Positions 39,659 to 50,400 of a stretch of DNA of 64,000 nt are shown in pieces. The notes under the pieces are model-generated. The model ran no database searches. It saw only the letters and a list, made by a program, of their open reading frames with translations, and had not been told where the DNA came from. Source of the DNA: Myxococcota bacterium (GTDB lineage Bacteria; Myxococcota_A; UBA796; CAJQPC01); NCBI GenBank assembly GCA_036012755.1, contig DASCPX010000009.1:146880-210879 (forward strand). The letters run 5' to 3'. The position numbers and the translations under genes were made by a program. Numbering within the stretch: position 1 is the first letter of the stretch; every line of letters begins with the position of its first letter.

Positions 39659-40946
39659 GCGGCAGCTGCCGCCCCCCGCTGCAGGCCCCGAGCAGCTTCC
39701 TCGCGCGGTCGCGGTCTTCTGAGGCGACGTAGACCCGCGCGATGCGGCGCTCGTCCTGGTAGCGCCTGAAGATGCTGGTGGCGTCTCGCAGATCGGCCAC
39801 GCCGACCGTGGGGTCGAGAGGATCGGCGAGCACGTAGATCGGGGGCGCCAAGCGGCGCTTCTGACCGAAGACGGTGTAGCGGGAGAGCTTGCCAACCGAG
39901 GAGGCCGTGATGGACGGGATGCCCTCCTGCTCGAGCAGGGACTCTGCCCAGGTGACGTCGACTTCCTCGCCGTGGAGCTCCAGGCACCGCTTCCACTCGG
40001 CGCCGGTGACGATGCCCCTGGCCCAGGGATCGTGCACGGAGCGCAGGTGGGAGAAGAGCTGGACGTCATCGACGTGCAGGTAGTCGTCCAGCGAAGCCGG
40101 GATGCGGTAGGTGCAGTCCGGGTCCTGGAAGTAGCGCTTCAGCATCTCCTCGCAGATCACCGACCGGTGGTGGAAGTACACCATCGAGAACATGTGGTAC
40201 CGGGCGATCATGAAGTCGTCGAAGGCGTAGATGGCCCTTCGGTGCAGGGCCAGGCTGAGCTCGCCCATGCGCTCCAAGGTCCCGAGGTTGTTCAGGATCC
40301 AGCCGGTGTCGACGTGACCGTAGTTCGCGCCGGAGAAGTAGGAGTCCCGCACCAGGTAGTCGAGCCGGTCCACGTCCAGCTCGCTGCTCACGATCTGGGA
40401 CAGGGCCGTCCTGACGTCCAGGTCACCATCCAGGAAGAAGTCGTCGTCTACCTCGACGTCACGCGACACCAAGGCCGCGACGTGCCTCGCCGAGAACGGA
40501 AAGCGGGCGTCGATGCAGTCCGCCAGGGAGCTCTGGGTGAGGATGGCGACGGTGTAGTCCTCGTGGGTGGCACGACGATCCTCGACGGCGCCGTAGGCGG
40601 ACATCCCCAGCGCGGACAGCGCAGGCATCGCGAACTCGGTGCAGTGCGAGAAGGGGGCGTGACCGACGTCGTGCAGCAACCCGGCGAGGCGCAGGCACTG
40701 GCGCCAGGCTTCACGCCGCCCCGGCGAGGCCGCGACGTCGGCCAGCGCGTTGTCGAAGGCGCGCCCGGCGAGGTGCATGACCCCGACGGAGTGCAGGAAG
40801 CGGGAGTGCACCGCGCCCGGAAAGGCCAGCTCCGTGAAGCCCACCTGCTTGATGTTGCGAAGCCTCTGGAAGAAGGGGTGCGCAACAACCGCCTCCTCCG
40901 CCACGGAGACGGCGATGGCGCCGTGGATGGGATCGCGGACTTCCAT
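39651..40946 (-). CDS. HD-domain phosphohydrolase (SAMHD1/dNTPase-like)
   Basis: DPIHG, FQRLRNIKQ, HSRFLHS.G, LLHDVGHAPFSH, DVDRLDYLVRDS, VYFHH. Confidence 0.9.
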   Translation of the reverse strand: MEVRDPIHGAIAVSVAEEAVVAHPFFQRLRNIKQVGFTELAFPGAVHSRFLHSVGVMHLAGRAFDNALADVAASPGRREAWRQCLRLAGLLHDVGHAPFSHCTEFAMPALSALGMSAYGAVEDRRATHEDYTVAILTQSSLADCIDARFPFSARHVAALVSRDVEVDDDFFLDGDLDVRTALSQIVSSELDVDRLDYLVRDSYFSGANYGHVDTGWILNNLGTLERMGELSLALHRRAIYAFDDFMIARYHMFSMVYFHHRSVICEEMLKRYFQDPDCTYRIPASLDDYLHVDDVQLFSHLRSVHDPWARGIVTGAEWKRCLELHGEEVDVTWAESLLEQEGIPSITASSVGKLSRYTVFGQKRRLAPPIYVLADPLDPTVGVADLRDATSIFRRYQDERRIARVYVASEDRDRARKLLGACSGGRQLPLI

Positions 40947-41150
40947 GGGCCAGCACTATCGCGCCGATCACGTAGGTTGATTGGATGATCGCGCCGAACT
41001 GTGTGCGGCTGGGTAGGCGGCCCGACGAAAGCGTGTCTGGACACTTCGAGGAGGGCCAACGTCGCCAGGCGTGCGCAGGGCAAGCGAGGGCGGATCAACC
41101 GGAGTGATCGGCGCGAAGACCGAAACGACGAGCACGATAGACTCTGACGG

Positions 41151-42890
41151 GTGCGGACCATCTCGGATCAAAGCGACCTCGCGACCGGCGACGTGCTCTA
41201 CCACCCGGCCATGGGCTTCGCGCGCGTGCAGGCCCTGGACGAGGTCGGGCTCCACCTCGACTGGGAGGCTCCGGGTAGCCGCCTCCCGCGACGCATCTCC
41301 GCCGACGCCGCCCGAAAGGGCTACCGCGTCTGCCGCCGGGAGGGCTTCTTCGCCCGGAGCGTCATCGACCGTGAGATGTTCACCGCGCTCGTCCACGACG
41401 ACCCGCCCAGGGGCCTGGAGCTACTGCTCGAGGACCTCGACGATGCGCCGGAGCGCGACGAGGTCGCCCAGTGGCTCAAGGCCCTGGACCTCGTAGACGC
41501 CGACACCTTCACGCGCTGGTGGGGCCGCGCCGTGAGCGACGAGCGGCGCTTCCGTTTCCGCGGCCGACGCATCACCCGCAAGGTCCGCGGCGAGTCCGAC
41601 GACACCAGCCCCATCGACGACATCGGTCCGACGCCGTGGCCGCGACTGCAGATCCTCTCGGGGATGGACATCCTCGACGCGGGCGTGGAGCTCCTCGGCC
41701 TGCTCGCGACCCACCACGCGGCGGGAGCAGCGGTCGGCATCGGTCCCGACAACACCTTCGCCGACGACACCGGGCAGCTGGAGATCCGGCCACAGGACCG
41801 CGGCTCGATGGCCACGGACGTCCACAACGCCGGGCGCCTGCTGCTCCGACGCATCACCGGTCGCGATCTGCCCAGCGGAATGCCGCCCCATCGCGTGATG
41901 CCGTTTCTACTCGGTGTCAACCCGGACGTGCCCCCCTCCGCGATGCCACTGCTCGAGCGCCTGGTCTCTCCGCTCTTCGACCACAGGCCGCCCTCGGCGC
42001 TCGGGCCCTACCGGGACTGGGCCGCCGCCAGAGCCCACGAGAGGATCCGCGCAGACTCCCGCCTGGCCGCGCGCCAGGTGCACGAGGTCGGCGCCGACAC
42101 CCACGTCGGCTGGTACAAGATGCGCGACACGCAGACGAACCAGGACGCCCTCGCGGTGGAGCTCGACGACGAAGGGGGGAGCTCGATGGTCCTGGTGGCC
42201 GATGGCATCTCGACCTCTGATGCCGGCTCCGGAGACCGCGCGGCGCGGCTGGCGACCGACGTGCTCTGCGGGGTCTGGGAGCGACGCCCGAAGGATCTGC
42301 GCGAGCAGCCCAAGACAGCGCTGGAGTTCATCGAGGCTGCGCTGCGAGAGGCGAACCGGGCGGTCTGCGACGGAGCACTCGACGCAGCCGACGGTGACCT
42401 CACCGGGCGCATCCCGATGGGAACCACAATAGTCGTCGCCGCGCTGCACGGTGATCTGGTCGACATCGTCTCGTTGGGCGACTCCCGGGCCTACCTCGTG
42501 ACCGCCGCCGGGACATGCCTGCTGACCTGCGACCAGAACATCGAGCTCGAGTGGTTTCAGGGCAAGCGCAGCCGGGAGCGCGACGGCGAGCTGCTCGGGC
42601 AGGCCCTGATCGGGTACCTCGGCCACTTCGACGAGGGCGATCTGCCACGCCTGCTCAATCCCTTCCACCGGCGCCTGCGCCTGCTCGAGAGCGAGTCCCT
42701 GGTGCTCTGCACCGACGGCATCGTCGACTACGCGGCTCAGAGCCACGTCGAGTTCATCGAGCTCGTCGACCGCGCCGTGACCACGGAGCGTCCACAGCAG
42801 GCAGCCCAGCGCCTGGTCGCCGCGGCAAACGAGGGAGGCGGCGGGGACAACGCAACAGCGGTCGTCGTCCGACTTACCCCCTCCGGATAG
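41151..42890 (+). CDS. PP2C/PPM phosphatase fused to a degenerate kinase lobe and an N-terminal GreA-N/CarD-like region
   Basis: NQDA, VADG, MGTT, GDSRAY, CTDG, GGGDN.T PP2C motifs; see finding. Confidence 0.85.
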   Translation: MRTISDQSDLATGDVLYHPAMGFARVQALDEVGLHLDWEAPGSRLPRRISADAARKGYRVCRREGFFARSVIDREMFTALVHDDPPRGLELLLEDLDDAPERDEVAQWLKALDLVDADTFTRWWGRAVSDERRFRFRGRRITRKVRGESDDTSPIDDIGPTPWPRLQILSGMDILDAGVELLGLLATHHAAGAAVGIGPDNTFADDTGQLEIRPQDRGSMATDVHNAGRLLLRRITGRDLPSGMPPHRVMPFLLGVNPDVPPSAMPLLERLVSPLFDHRPPSALGPYRDWAAARAHERIRADSRLAARQVHEVGADTHVGWYKMRDTQTNQDALAVELDDEGGSSMVLVADGISTSDAGSGDRAARLATDVLCGVWERRPKDLREQPKTALEFIEAALREANRAVCDGALDAADGDLTGRIPMGTTIVVAALHGDLVDIVSLGDSRAYLVTAAGTCLLTCDQNIELEWFQGKRSRERDGELLGQALIGYLGHFDEGDLPRLLNPFHRRLRLLESESLVLCTDGIVDYAAQSHVEFIELVDRAVTTERPQQAAQRLVAAANEGGGGDNATAVVVRLTPSG

Positions 42891-42899
42891 CGGAGCGTT

Positions 42900-44786
42900 G
42901 TGATGCACTCGGGCGCGAGATGCCTGCGCGAGGCCCTGGGCCAACGCGTGCTGTTCCTGGACGGCGCGCTCGGCACGGAGTTCTACAGCCGCGGCGTCTA
43001 CATCAACAAGAGCTACGACGCGCTGAACGTCTCCACCCCGGAGCTCGTGCGGACCGTCCACCGCGACTACGTACGCGCTGGCTGCGACCTCATCACGACG
43101 AACACCTTCGGCGCCAACAGGATCCGGCTGCAGGCGTTCGGGCTGGAAGAGCAGGCCACCGAGATCGTACGCAGGGGCGTCCAGCTCGCCCGCGAGGTCG
43201 CCGGGGACAAGGCCTGGGTGCTGGGCTCGGTGGGACCGACAGGCGCCCGCCTCGCGCCGGTCGGGCGCCTGAGTCCCGGACAGGCCTACGCCGCCTTTCG
43301 CGAGCAGATCGCGATCCTCGCCGAAGAAGGCGTCGATGGCCTGCTCCTGGAGACCTTCTCCAGCCTCGAGGAGCTGTGGCAGGCCGTGCGTGCGGCCCGC
43401 GACGTGGCCCGAGACGTACCGCTGATCACCGCCGCGTCCTTCGTCTACACCGCCGACGGGGACCTCGTCGAGGGGCCCGAGCCCCAGGTGGCCGCGCGCA
43501 CGATGTGCTCATGGGGGGCCGACGCCATCGGCGTGAACTGCAGCAACGGCCCCAAGGTCGTCCTGGAGGTGCTGGAGCGCATGGCCGCGGTCAGCGACAA
43601 GCCCTTGCTCGCGAGCCCTAACGCCGGCCAGCCCCAGGCCGTCGATGGCCGCCAGGTCTACATGGCGGGGCCGGAGTACATGGCCGAGTACGCCCGGCGT
43701 TTCGCGCTGAAGGGAGCGACGCTCATCGGCGGATGCTGCGGCACGACGCCAGCGATGATCCGCGAGATGCGCTCCTACGTGCGCAGCGTCGCCCCGGGGA
43801 TGACCGAGCGCCCAGCCGCCGTCGTGACCACCGCGGAGGAAGGCCCCACGCAGACGCTGGAGCGGGTTCCCATCGTGGAGCGCTCCGAGTTCGCACGCAA
43901 GCTGTACTCGGGCGACTTCTGCATCTCGGTCGAGCTCGATCCGCCACGCGGGATCGACACCACCCGCAGCATCAACGGAGCGGCGCTGCTGAAGGAGGCC
44001 GGGATCGATGTCATCAACATCGCGGACGGACCCCGCGCCGTCGCACGAATGGGGCCCTCCGCGCTTGCCCAGCTCGCCCACCGTCGCTGCGGCATCGAAG
44101 CCGTCATCCACTACTGCTGCCGAGACCGCAACCTGCTCGGCATGCAGATGGACCTCCTCGGGGCTCATGCGCTGGGCATGCACAACATCCTGGCGGTCAC
44201 CGGCGATCCGCCGAAGATGGGCAACTACCCCAACGCCACGGCGGTCTTCGACATCGACAGCATCGGGCTGATCGCCTTCATCCAGATGCTCAACAGCGGC
44301 CAGGACTTCGCCGGGCGTCCCCTGGGCGGCCAGACGAAGTTCTTCGTCGGAGCGGGCTGCAACCCGGCCCACCACGAGCTGGAGCGAGAGGTCGATCGCT
44401 TCGGCAAGAAGATCGAGGCAGGGGCGGAGTTCTTCTTCAGCCAGCCCGTCTACGACAACGAGATCCTCGAGCGCTTCCTCGAGATGACCGAGCAGTTCCC
44501 GAGGGTTCCCTTCCTGGTCGGCATCCTGCCGCTGGCGTCGTCCAAGAACGCCGAGTTCCTCCACAACGAGGTCCCTGGGATGCAGGTCCCCCAGGAGATC
44601 CGCGACCGACTTGCGGCGGCCCCGACCCGGCCAGAGCAGCGCCAGATCGGCATCGACGTCGCGAGGACAACGCTGACACACGCGAAGGGGCACCCCCGGG
44701 TCGACGGAGCCTACATCTACCCGCCCTTCGGTTCGTACAAGGCCGTGCTGCGGGTCCTGGAAGGTGTGGTGGACCTCGCGGGTTGA
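42900..44786 (+). CDS. yitJ: Bifunctional homocysteine S-methyltransferase / methylenetetrahydrofolate reductase
   Basis: DGALGT, TTNTFGAN, GVNC, GGCCGTTP, then VELDPP, IADGP.A, CRDRN, TGDPP. Confidence 0.9.
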   Translation: MMHSGARCLREALGQRVLFLDGALGTEFYSRGVYINKSYDALNVSTPELVRTVHRDYVRAGCDLITTNTFGANRIRLQAFGLEEQATEIVRRGVQLAREVAGDKAWVLGSVGPTGARLAPVGRLSPGQAYAAFREQIAILAEEGVDGLLLETFSSLEELWQAVRAARDVARDVPLITAASFVYTADGDLVEGPEPQVAARTMCSWGADAIGVNCSNGPKVVLEVLERMAAVSDKPLLASPNAGQPQAVDGRQVYMAGPEYMAEYARRFALKGATLIGGCCGTTPAMIREMRSYVRSVAPGMTERPAAVVTTAEEGPTQTLERVPIVERSEFARKLYSGDFCISVELDPPRGIDTTRSINGAALLKEAGIDVINIADGPRAVARMGPSALAQLAHRRCGIEAVIHYCCRDRNLLGMQMDLLGAHALGMHNILAVTGDPPKMGNYPNATAVFDIDSIGLIAFIQMLNSGQDFAGRPLGGQTKFFVGAGCNPAHHELEREVDRFGKKIEAGAEFFFSQPVYDNEILERFLEMTEQFPRVPFLVGILPLASSKNAEFLHNEVPGMQVPQEIRDRLAAAPTRPEQRQIGIDVARTTLTHAKGHPRVDGAYIYPPFGSYKAVLRVLEGVVDLAG

Positions 44787-44803
44787 GCCGCGGCCGGTAG
44801 CAC

Positions 44804-44832
44804 TTGACAGTCTCGTCACACCGGCGTAGCCA
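44804..44832 (+). promoter_or_regulatory. Possible sigma70 promoter TTGACA-N17-TAGCCA
   Basis: Perfect -35, imperfect -10, upstream of 44862. Confidence 0.4.
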
Positions 44833-44861
44833 CCTGTGGTCAAACCACCCTATCCCTGAGG

Positions 44862-45506
44862 ATGTCCATGCGTTTCTTTGCTGTCGCTCTTGCCGCCGGT
44901 CTCACCTTCTCCAGCACCGCCCTCGCCGGAGACGACGAAGAGTACGCCGAGATCAACGACTCCACGATGGTCGCCGACTTCAACGGCACCTGGGCCAAGG
45001 CCAAGGAAGTCCAGTCCACCGTCTCCAGCTGGGAGGACAACCTGAACTCCGCCCGCGAAGGCTTCAACGAGGCCGTCGGCATCGCCAAGGACGAGCCCAT
45101 CGACAAGGGTATCGAGCACTTCAAGACCCTCGCTGGTGACTCGCTCAAGGTCGCCCTCGACGGTGGCAACCCCACGATCACCGTCGACGACGCCGCCCCG
45201 GACAACGTCAAGGCCGCCGCGGAAGCCCTCAAGGGCTGCGTGGCTGCCGCCCAGGACATCGTCGAGAGCGGTCCGAAGATCGTCGAACAGAGCAAGGCAG
45301 TCGGCGAGGAGGCTGCGGCCATCCCCGGGCAGCTGAACCCCTCCTTCTTCAAGGACAACGGCATCAAGAGGCCGGGCGACATCAAGACCGCCACCAAGGA
45401 GCAGAAGGACAACGTCTCCGCGACCAAGGCCACCGACGAGCGCGTCAAGGGCGTCATCACGGAGGCCACCGCCATCGTCGACGGCGTCAAGGCCCTCGCA
45501 GGCTGA
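44862..45506 (+). CDS. Secreted alpha-helical Ala/Lys-rich hypothetical protein
   Basis: MRFFAVALAAGLTFSSTALA signal peptide; strongly biased codons. Confidence 0.8.
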   Translation: MSMRFFAVALAAGLTFSSTALAGDDEEYAEINDSTMVADFNGTWAKAKEVQSTVSSWEDNLNSAREGFNEAVGIAKDEPIDKGIEHFKTLAGDSLKVALDGGNPTITVDDAAPDNVKAAAEALKGCVAAAQDIVESGPKIVEQSKAVGEEAAAIPGQLNPSFFKDNGIKRPGDIKTATKEQKDNVSATKATDERVKGVITEATAIVDGVKALAG

Positions 45507-45510
45507 GCCC

Positions 45511-45975
45511 ATGGAGCGCCGGGCTTTCCTGAAGCTCGGCGCCTTGGGATGCAGCGGCGCCCTGATCCTGGGCGCCGTTCCTTCTCTGGGCGCTGTCTGG
45601 CTCAGCACGGAAGATGCGCGGGTCATCGAGGTCCTCGCGGCCTCGCTCTTCGCCGGCGTTCCGCTGGGGGACATCGACGTCGTCGGCGCCTTCACGCGCA
45701 GCATCGCGCCCTTGCCCCGGAGCATCCGGTGGCAAGCCAGGGGTCTCTTGCGAGCCCTCGAGTGGGAGCCCGTCATGCGCTACGGATCTCGGCTGTCCCG
45801 CCTGGATCCGACCACTCGCGACGACTTCCTGGTGGGCATGGCGACCTCGCCGCTCTACCCGCGGAGGCTGGCTCTGCATGGCGCCAAGCAGCTCCTGGCG
45901 ATGGCCGTCTACCAGCACGACGCCACGTGGAAGCTGATGGGCTACGACGGTCCCCTGCTTCCGGAGGCACGTTGA
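45511..45975 (+). CDS. Gluconate 2-dehydrogenase subunit 3-like Tat-signal protein
   Basis: MERRAFLK leader; W.LMGYDGP. Confidence 0.75.
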   Translation: MERRAFLKLGALGCSGALILGAVPSLGAVWLSTEDARVIEVLAASLFAGVPLGDIDVVGAFTRSIAPLPRSIRWQARGLLRALEWEPVMRYGSRLSRLDPTTRDDFLVGMATSPLYPRRLALHGAKQLLAMAVYQHDATWKLMGYDGPLLPEAR

Positions 45976-47423
45976 GAGCTGACGTCGTCGTCGTGGGCTC
46001 GGGCGCCGGTGGGAGCGCGTGCGCGGACCGCATCGCCGCCGCCGGGCTGGATGTGCTGGTGCTGGAGATGGGCGCTGCCGAGTCCCCCGAGACCTTCACG
46101 CAGCGCGAAGAGGACATGTTCCCCCGCCTCTTCCAGGACGCGGGCGCGCGAGCGACACTCGACGGCGCGATCGCGGTGATGCAGGGCAAGGGACTCGGGG
46201 GCAGCACGCTCCACAACCTGAACCTGTGCAAGCGCGTGCCCGAGGAGCTGCTGGACCGCTGGGCCGAGGACCGCGGACTGCCAGAGCTGCCAGAGCGTCT
46301 GAGCCGAGCCTACGCCGCGGTCGAAGCGGACCTCGCCGTCACAGAGGTCCTCGACACCCAGCTCAACCGGAACAACCGCCTCTTTCGGGCCGGCGTCGAG
46401 TCCCTCGGCTGGGAAAACGGCCGCTTGAAGCACAACCGGCAGGGCTGCATCGGATCCGGTTTCTGCGAGCTCGGCTGCGCCTACGACGCCAAGATGAACG
46501 CCGCCCGGGTGCTGTTGCCGCGCGCCGAAGACCGCGGCGCCCGGCTCATGACCGGCGTGCGGGTCGAGCGCATCCTGCACCGCTTCGGTCGGGCCCGGGG
46601 CGTGAGCGCCACCAGCGCAGAGGGGCGCGTGACCGTCGAGGCCCGCGCCGTCGTGCTCGCGGCCAGCGCCACCGGCAGCCCCGCACTGCTCCTGGCGAGC
46701 GGTCTGGGCGACGCCCACCGCCAGGTCGGCGCGCACCTCCACCTCCACCCCGGGGGGACCGTGGGCGGCTCCTTTGGCGAGCCGGTGGACGGCTGGAAGG
46801 GCATCCCGCAGGGCTGGGAGTGCACAGAGCTGCTCGACCCGCTGCAGGGCGGTTGCTGGCTCCTGCCCGTCTTTGGACACCCGGTCACCACCGCCGCATT
46901 GCTTCCGGGCATCGGCGCGGAGCACACCCGCATGATGGCGCGCTACGACCACCTGGCTGCCCTGACCCCGATGCTGCACGACCACTCCAGCGGACGCGTG
47001 CTCGCCGACCGGCGAGGACGCCCCTTGATCCGCTACCGCCTGGGTCCTCGAGACCGCAGTCACATGGCGGTGGGCCTCGTCGCTGGTGCCCGCATCCTCC
47101 TCGCAGCCGGCGCAGAGAAGGTCGTGCTACCGCTGGCTGTGCCTGTGGAGATCCGCACCCCCGCCGAGCTGGAGCGCCTCGAGCTGAACGTACGTCGCCT
47201 GGACCCGCCGCTGGCCGCCGTCCACCCGATGGGTACCTTGCGCATGGGCTCGGATCCGAGGAGCTCGGCGACCGACGAGTTCGGCCGGCTCCACTGTGCG
47301 AGGGGGGTCTGGGTCGCGGACGGCTCGCTGATGCCCTCGTCGACCGGTGGGCCTCCACAGCTCAGCATCTACGCCCTCGGCCGCATGGTCGGCGAGGCCA
47401 TCGCAGAGGACCTCGGCCGGTAG
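45972..47423 (+). CDS. GMC family oxidoreductase
   Basis: TTG at 45972 after GGAGG; GSGAGG, GKGLGGST, CIGSGFCELGC, HPMGTLRMG, DGSLMP. Confidence 0.9.
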   Translation: MRADVVVVGSGAGGSACADRIAAAGLDVLVLEMGAAESPETFTQREEDMFPRLFQDAGARATLDGAIAVMQGKGLGGSTLHNLNLCKRVPEELLDRWAEDRGLPELPERLSRAYAAVEADLAVTEVLDTQLNRNNRLFRAGVESLGWENGRLKHNRQGCIGSGFCELGCAYDAKMNAARVLLPRAEDRGARLMTGVRVERILHRFGRARGVSATSAEGRVTVEARAVVLAASATGSPALLLASGLGDAHRQVGAHLHLHPGGTVGGSFGEPVDGWKGIPQGWECTELLDPLQGGCWLLPVFGHPVTTAALLPGIGAEHTRMMARYDHLAALTPMLHDHSSGRVLADRRGRPLIRYRLGPRDRSHMAVGLVAGARILLAAGAEKVVLPLAVPVEIRTPAELERLELNVRRLDPPLAAVHPMGTLRMGSDPRSSATDEFGRLHCARGVWVADGSLMPSSTGGPPQLSIYALGRMVGEAIAEDLGR

Positions 47424-47432
47424 AATCCGGCG

Positions 47433-50400
47433 ATGGCCCGAACGCCCACCGCCCTGCCCGCGGGTACCCGCATCGGCAACCTGCGGATCACCGCGGTGCT
47501 GGGGCACGGGGCGAGCGCGGTGGTCTACGACGCCGTGGACCCGAAGGGGCGGGAGTTCGCCGTCAAGGTGCGCCAGCCCGGCGAGGCCGCGCTCGACCGC
47601 CGCTTCCTCCGCGAGTTCGAGTCGCTGCGACGGCTGAGGCTCCCCGGAGTCGTGCGTGTCTTCGAGGCCGGCATCGACCGGCGCCACATCTGGTACTCGA
47701 TGGAGAAGGTCGACGGCGAGCCGATGCGGCGGTGGCTGCTGTCGATCGACCCGCTGGAGGCCCGCATCGAGAGTGCCTGCGAGGTGGGAGCGAAGCTGGC
47801 GGAGACCCTGGCCGCCATCCACGAGGCTGGCTTCGTCCACCGGGACCTCAAGCCCAGCAACGTGCTGGTCACCAAGGGGGGTCGCGTCCGCATCCTGGAC
47901 TTCGGCGTCGTCCAGTGGTGGGCGGTCGGCGAGTCACTCACCGGCACCGGCGGACTGGTCGGGACGCCCAGCTTCATGGCGCCCGAGCAGGTCGCAGGGC
48001 TCAATCTCACCGGGGCTGCGGATGTCTACGCCTGTGGACTCATCCTCTACGAGGGGCTGGTCGGCAAGAGGCCGCGCCCCCCCACTCCACACGGCTGGCT
48101 GATCACCCAGTGCCTCGACCGGCCCCAACCCCTGGCCTGCCGCGAGCCCACCGTGCCCCGCTCCGTCTCGAACGTCATAGAGCGTTGCCTGGAGCTCGAT
48201 CCGGCAGATCGGCCCAGCGCAGGGGACCTCGCAGAGCAGCTTCGCGGCTGTCTGGATGGCACCACGGCCGCCGACTGGCCGAGTCCCCATGTGTTCGAAG
48301 GCCGGGAGGTCGAGCTCGGCGCTCTGGAGGCCGGCCTCAACGGCGACGGGCCCCGCTTCTGGGTGCTGCGTGGAGTCGCTGGCTCCGGGCGCAGGTGCCT
48401 GATCGAGCGGCTCCGCCGTAGGGCGCTGTTGCGAGGAGTCCGCAGCGAGCGCGGGCGATGCGGCATCGACGCGCCAGGAGCCCCGATCGGAGAGATCCTG
48501 CGCCACCTGTTGTCACGCCCCAACCGCGACGAGTGGCGGCGAGCGCTCGCTCTCGACAACGCGCGCACACTGCTCCAGATGTGGCCGGAGCTGCCACTGC
48601 ATGGACTGACCGAGCGCCACGACATCTCGGCGGTGAGCCGTGGGCAGGTCGTGGACGCTGCCGCCGACTGCATCCTCGGCGCCGCTCGGCAAGGCAACCT
48701 CGTGGTGGTCTTCGAGCGGCTCGAGGAGCTCGATTCCTTCTCTGCGCGAGTCATCGAGCGACTCGCGGACGCCAAGGAGCCACGACTGCTGCTCATCGGC
48801 TCGGTGGACCCGCGCTGGACCTACAGCCACGCGGAGCGAATGCTCGACTCGTTGAAGGGAATCCGCGTCATGGACATCGGGCCGCTCGACGCCGCGAGCG
48901 CCAGCGCGATCGCCAACTCCCTCGTCCCCGAGGACGTCGTCGTGTCCGTCGAGGAGCCCCAGCTCCCCCTCCGAGCCCTCCAGGCAGGCCTGAGGGCCCT
49001 GGCCGGAGCACGAGGCGAGCCATTCCACCCAATCACGGCGAGGATCGCGGACCTTGCCATCCTCGACGGACCCTGCTCCCGCTCCGTGCTGGAGGCCTTC
49101 ATCCCCTCGTCAGAGGACCTCTTCTCGGACGGCTTCGTCGTCCAACGAGCCGACGGCGTCCACATCGCCGGAGAGAGCTTCCGCACCGCCGCGCTCGCCG
49201 ATCTGCGGAACAAGGCGGTGGCCCACGACCGCCTCGCCGAGGCCTGGGAGACCCAGGCCCATGGTCCGCGCCGCTGGCTCCACGTCGCCCACCACCGCTG
49301 CCGGGGTCGAGGCCACAAGGACCAGTGGGCGGCTGCTGTCCGGGCGGCGCTCTCGGCGGAACGCTTCGGCCAGTGGCAGCGGTCGCGACGTTGGCTGCTG
49401 TTGCTCGATGGTCTCGAGCACGACCGGCGCTCTGCGACCTACCGACGACTCCGCTACCGCCTGGCCTGGTGTCGGGCCCGCGTCGCGCTGGTCACGGACA
49501 CGGAGCGCCCGCGCCAGGACCTCGTCGACGCTGCGCGGGACCGCGCCGAGACAGAGGCCGACCACGCTCGTCAGGCCCTGCTCGATGTCGAGATGCTGCT
49601 GCGGCAGGGCATGCCCCAAGCGGCCCTCGACCACGCCGCAAGCCATGCGCGGCGCCACCTGGACGCCTGCCCTCACGAAGCCGCCTCCTTGCTCCTGGCC
49701 GCCGGACGGGCGCAGCTGGACCTCGGCCACCCCGACGGGGCGCTGGAGAAGGCCCTCGACACGGAGGACGTCCTGGGCTCGCACACCTCGGTCGAGCCCG
49801 TGCTGCCCGTAGAGATCACTGCGCTGACCAGCGAGGCCCAGGTGGCCGCCGGAGCCCTGGCCGCCGGAGGTGACACCTGCCGCCGGGGAGTCGCCGAAGC
49901 GCGCCGACTCCACCTGCCCTGCCTGGAGGCGCGCCTGCGGCAGGCCATGGGCACGGCTCGGTTGCACCTCGGCCACCGCGAAGCCTCCGAACGAGCGGTG
50001 CTCAAGGCGCATCAACTCTTCGCCGACAACGGCGACCGGGCCGGTACGGCGTCGGCGGCGCTCCAGCTCGCCGCGCTCGCCGCCGACAGAGGCGAAGCCG
50101 CGGCCGCTCGTCGCCGACTGGACGAGGGCCTCACGAGCGCCCGCAAGCTGGGCATTCAGCGCCTGATGCCGCTGGCCTGCGCCGTCCAGCTGGAGCTCGC
50201 GCGGCTGGCAGAGGAACGCAAGCTCGGTCGCGCGACCCTCGAGCAGTACGGACAGCTGCGCCTGACGCACCCGGACTTCGACCTCGCGGCGATTCGGAAG
50301 GCGCGAACCGACGGGCGACTTTGCGACATCGAGCGCCTGGTCGTCGAGACCCCCTACGCCGCCGGCTACCGCGCCGCGACCGCCCAGCTGGAGCTCGCCC

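Noticed and set aside
42891..42899. SAM riboswitch upstream of yitJ
   Set aside because: Only 9 nt separate it from the upstream gene
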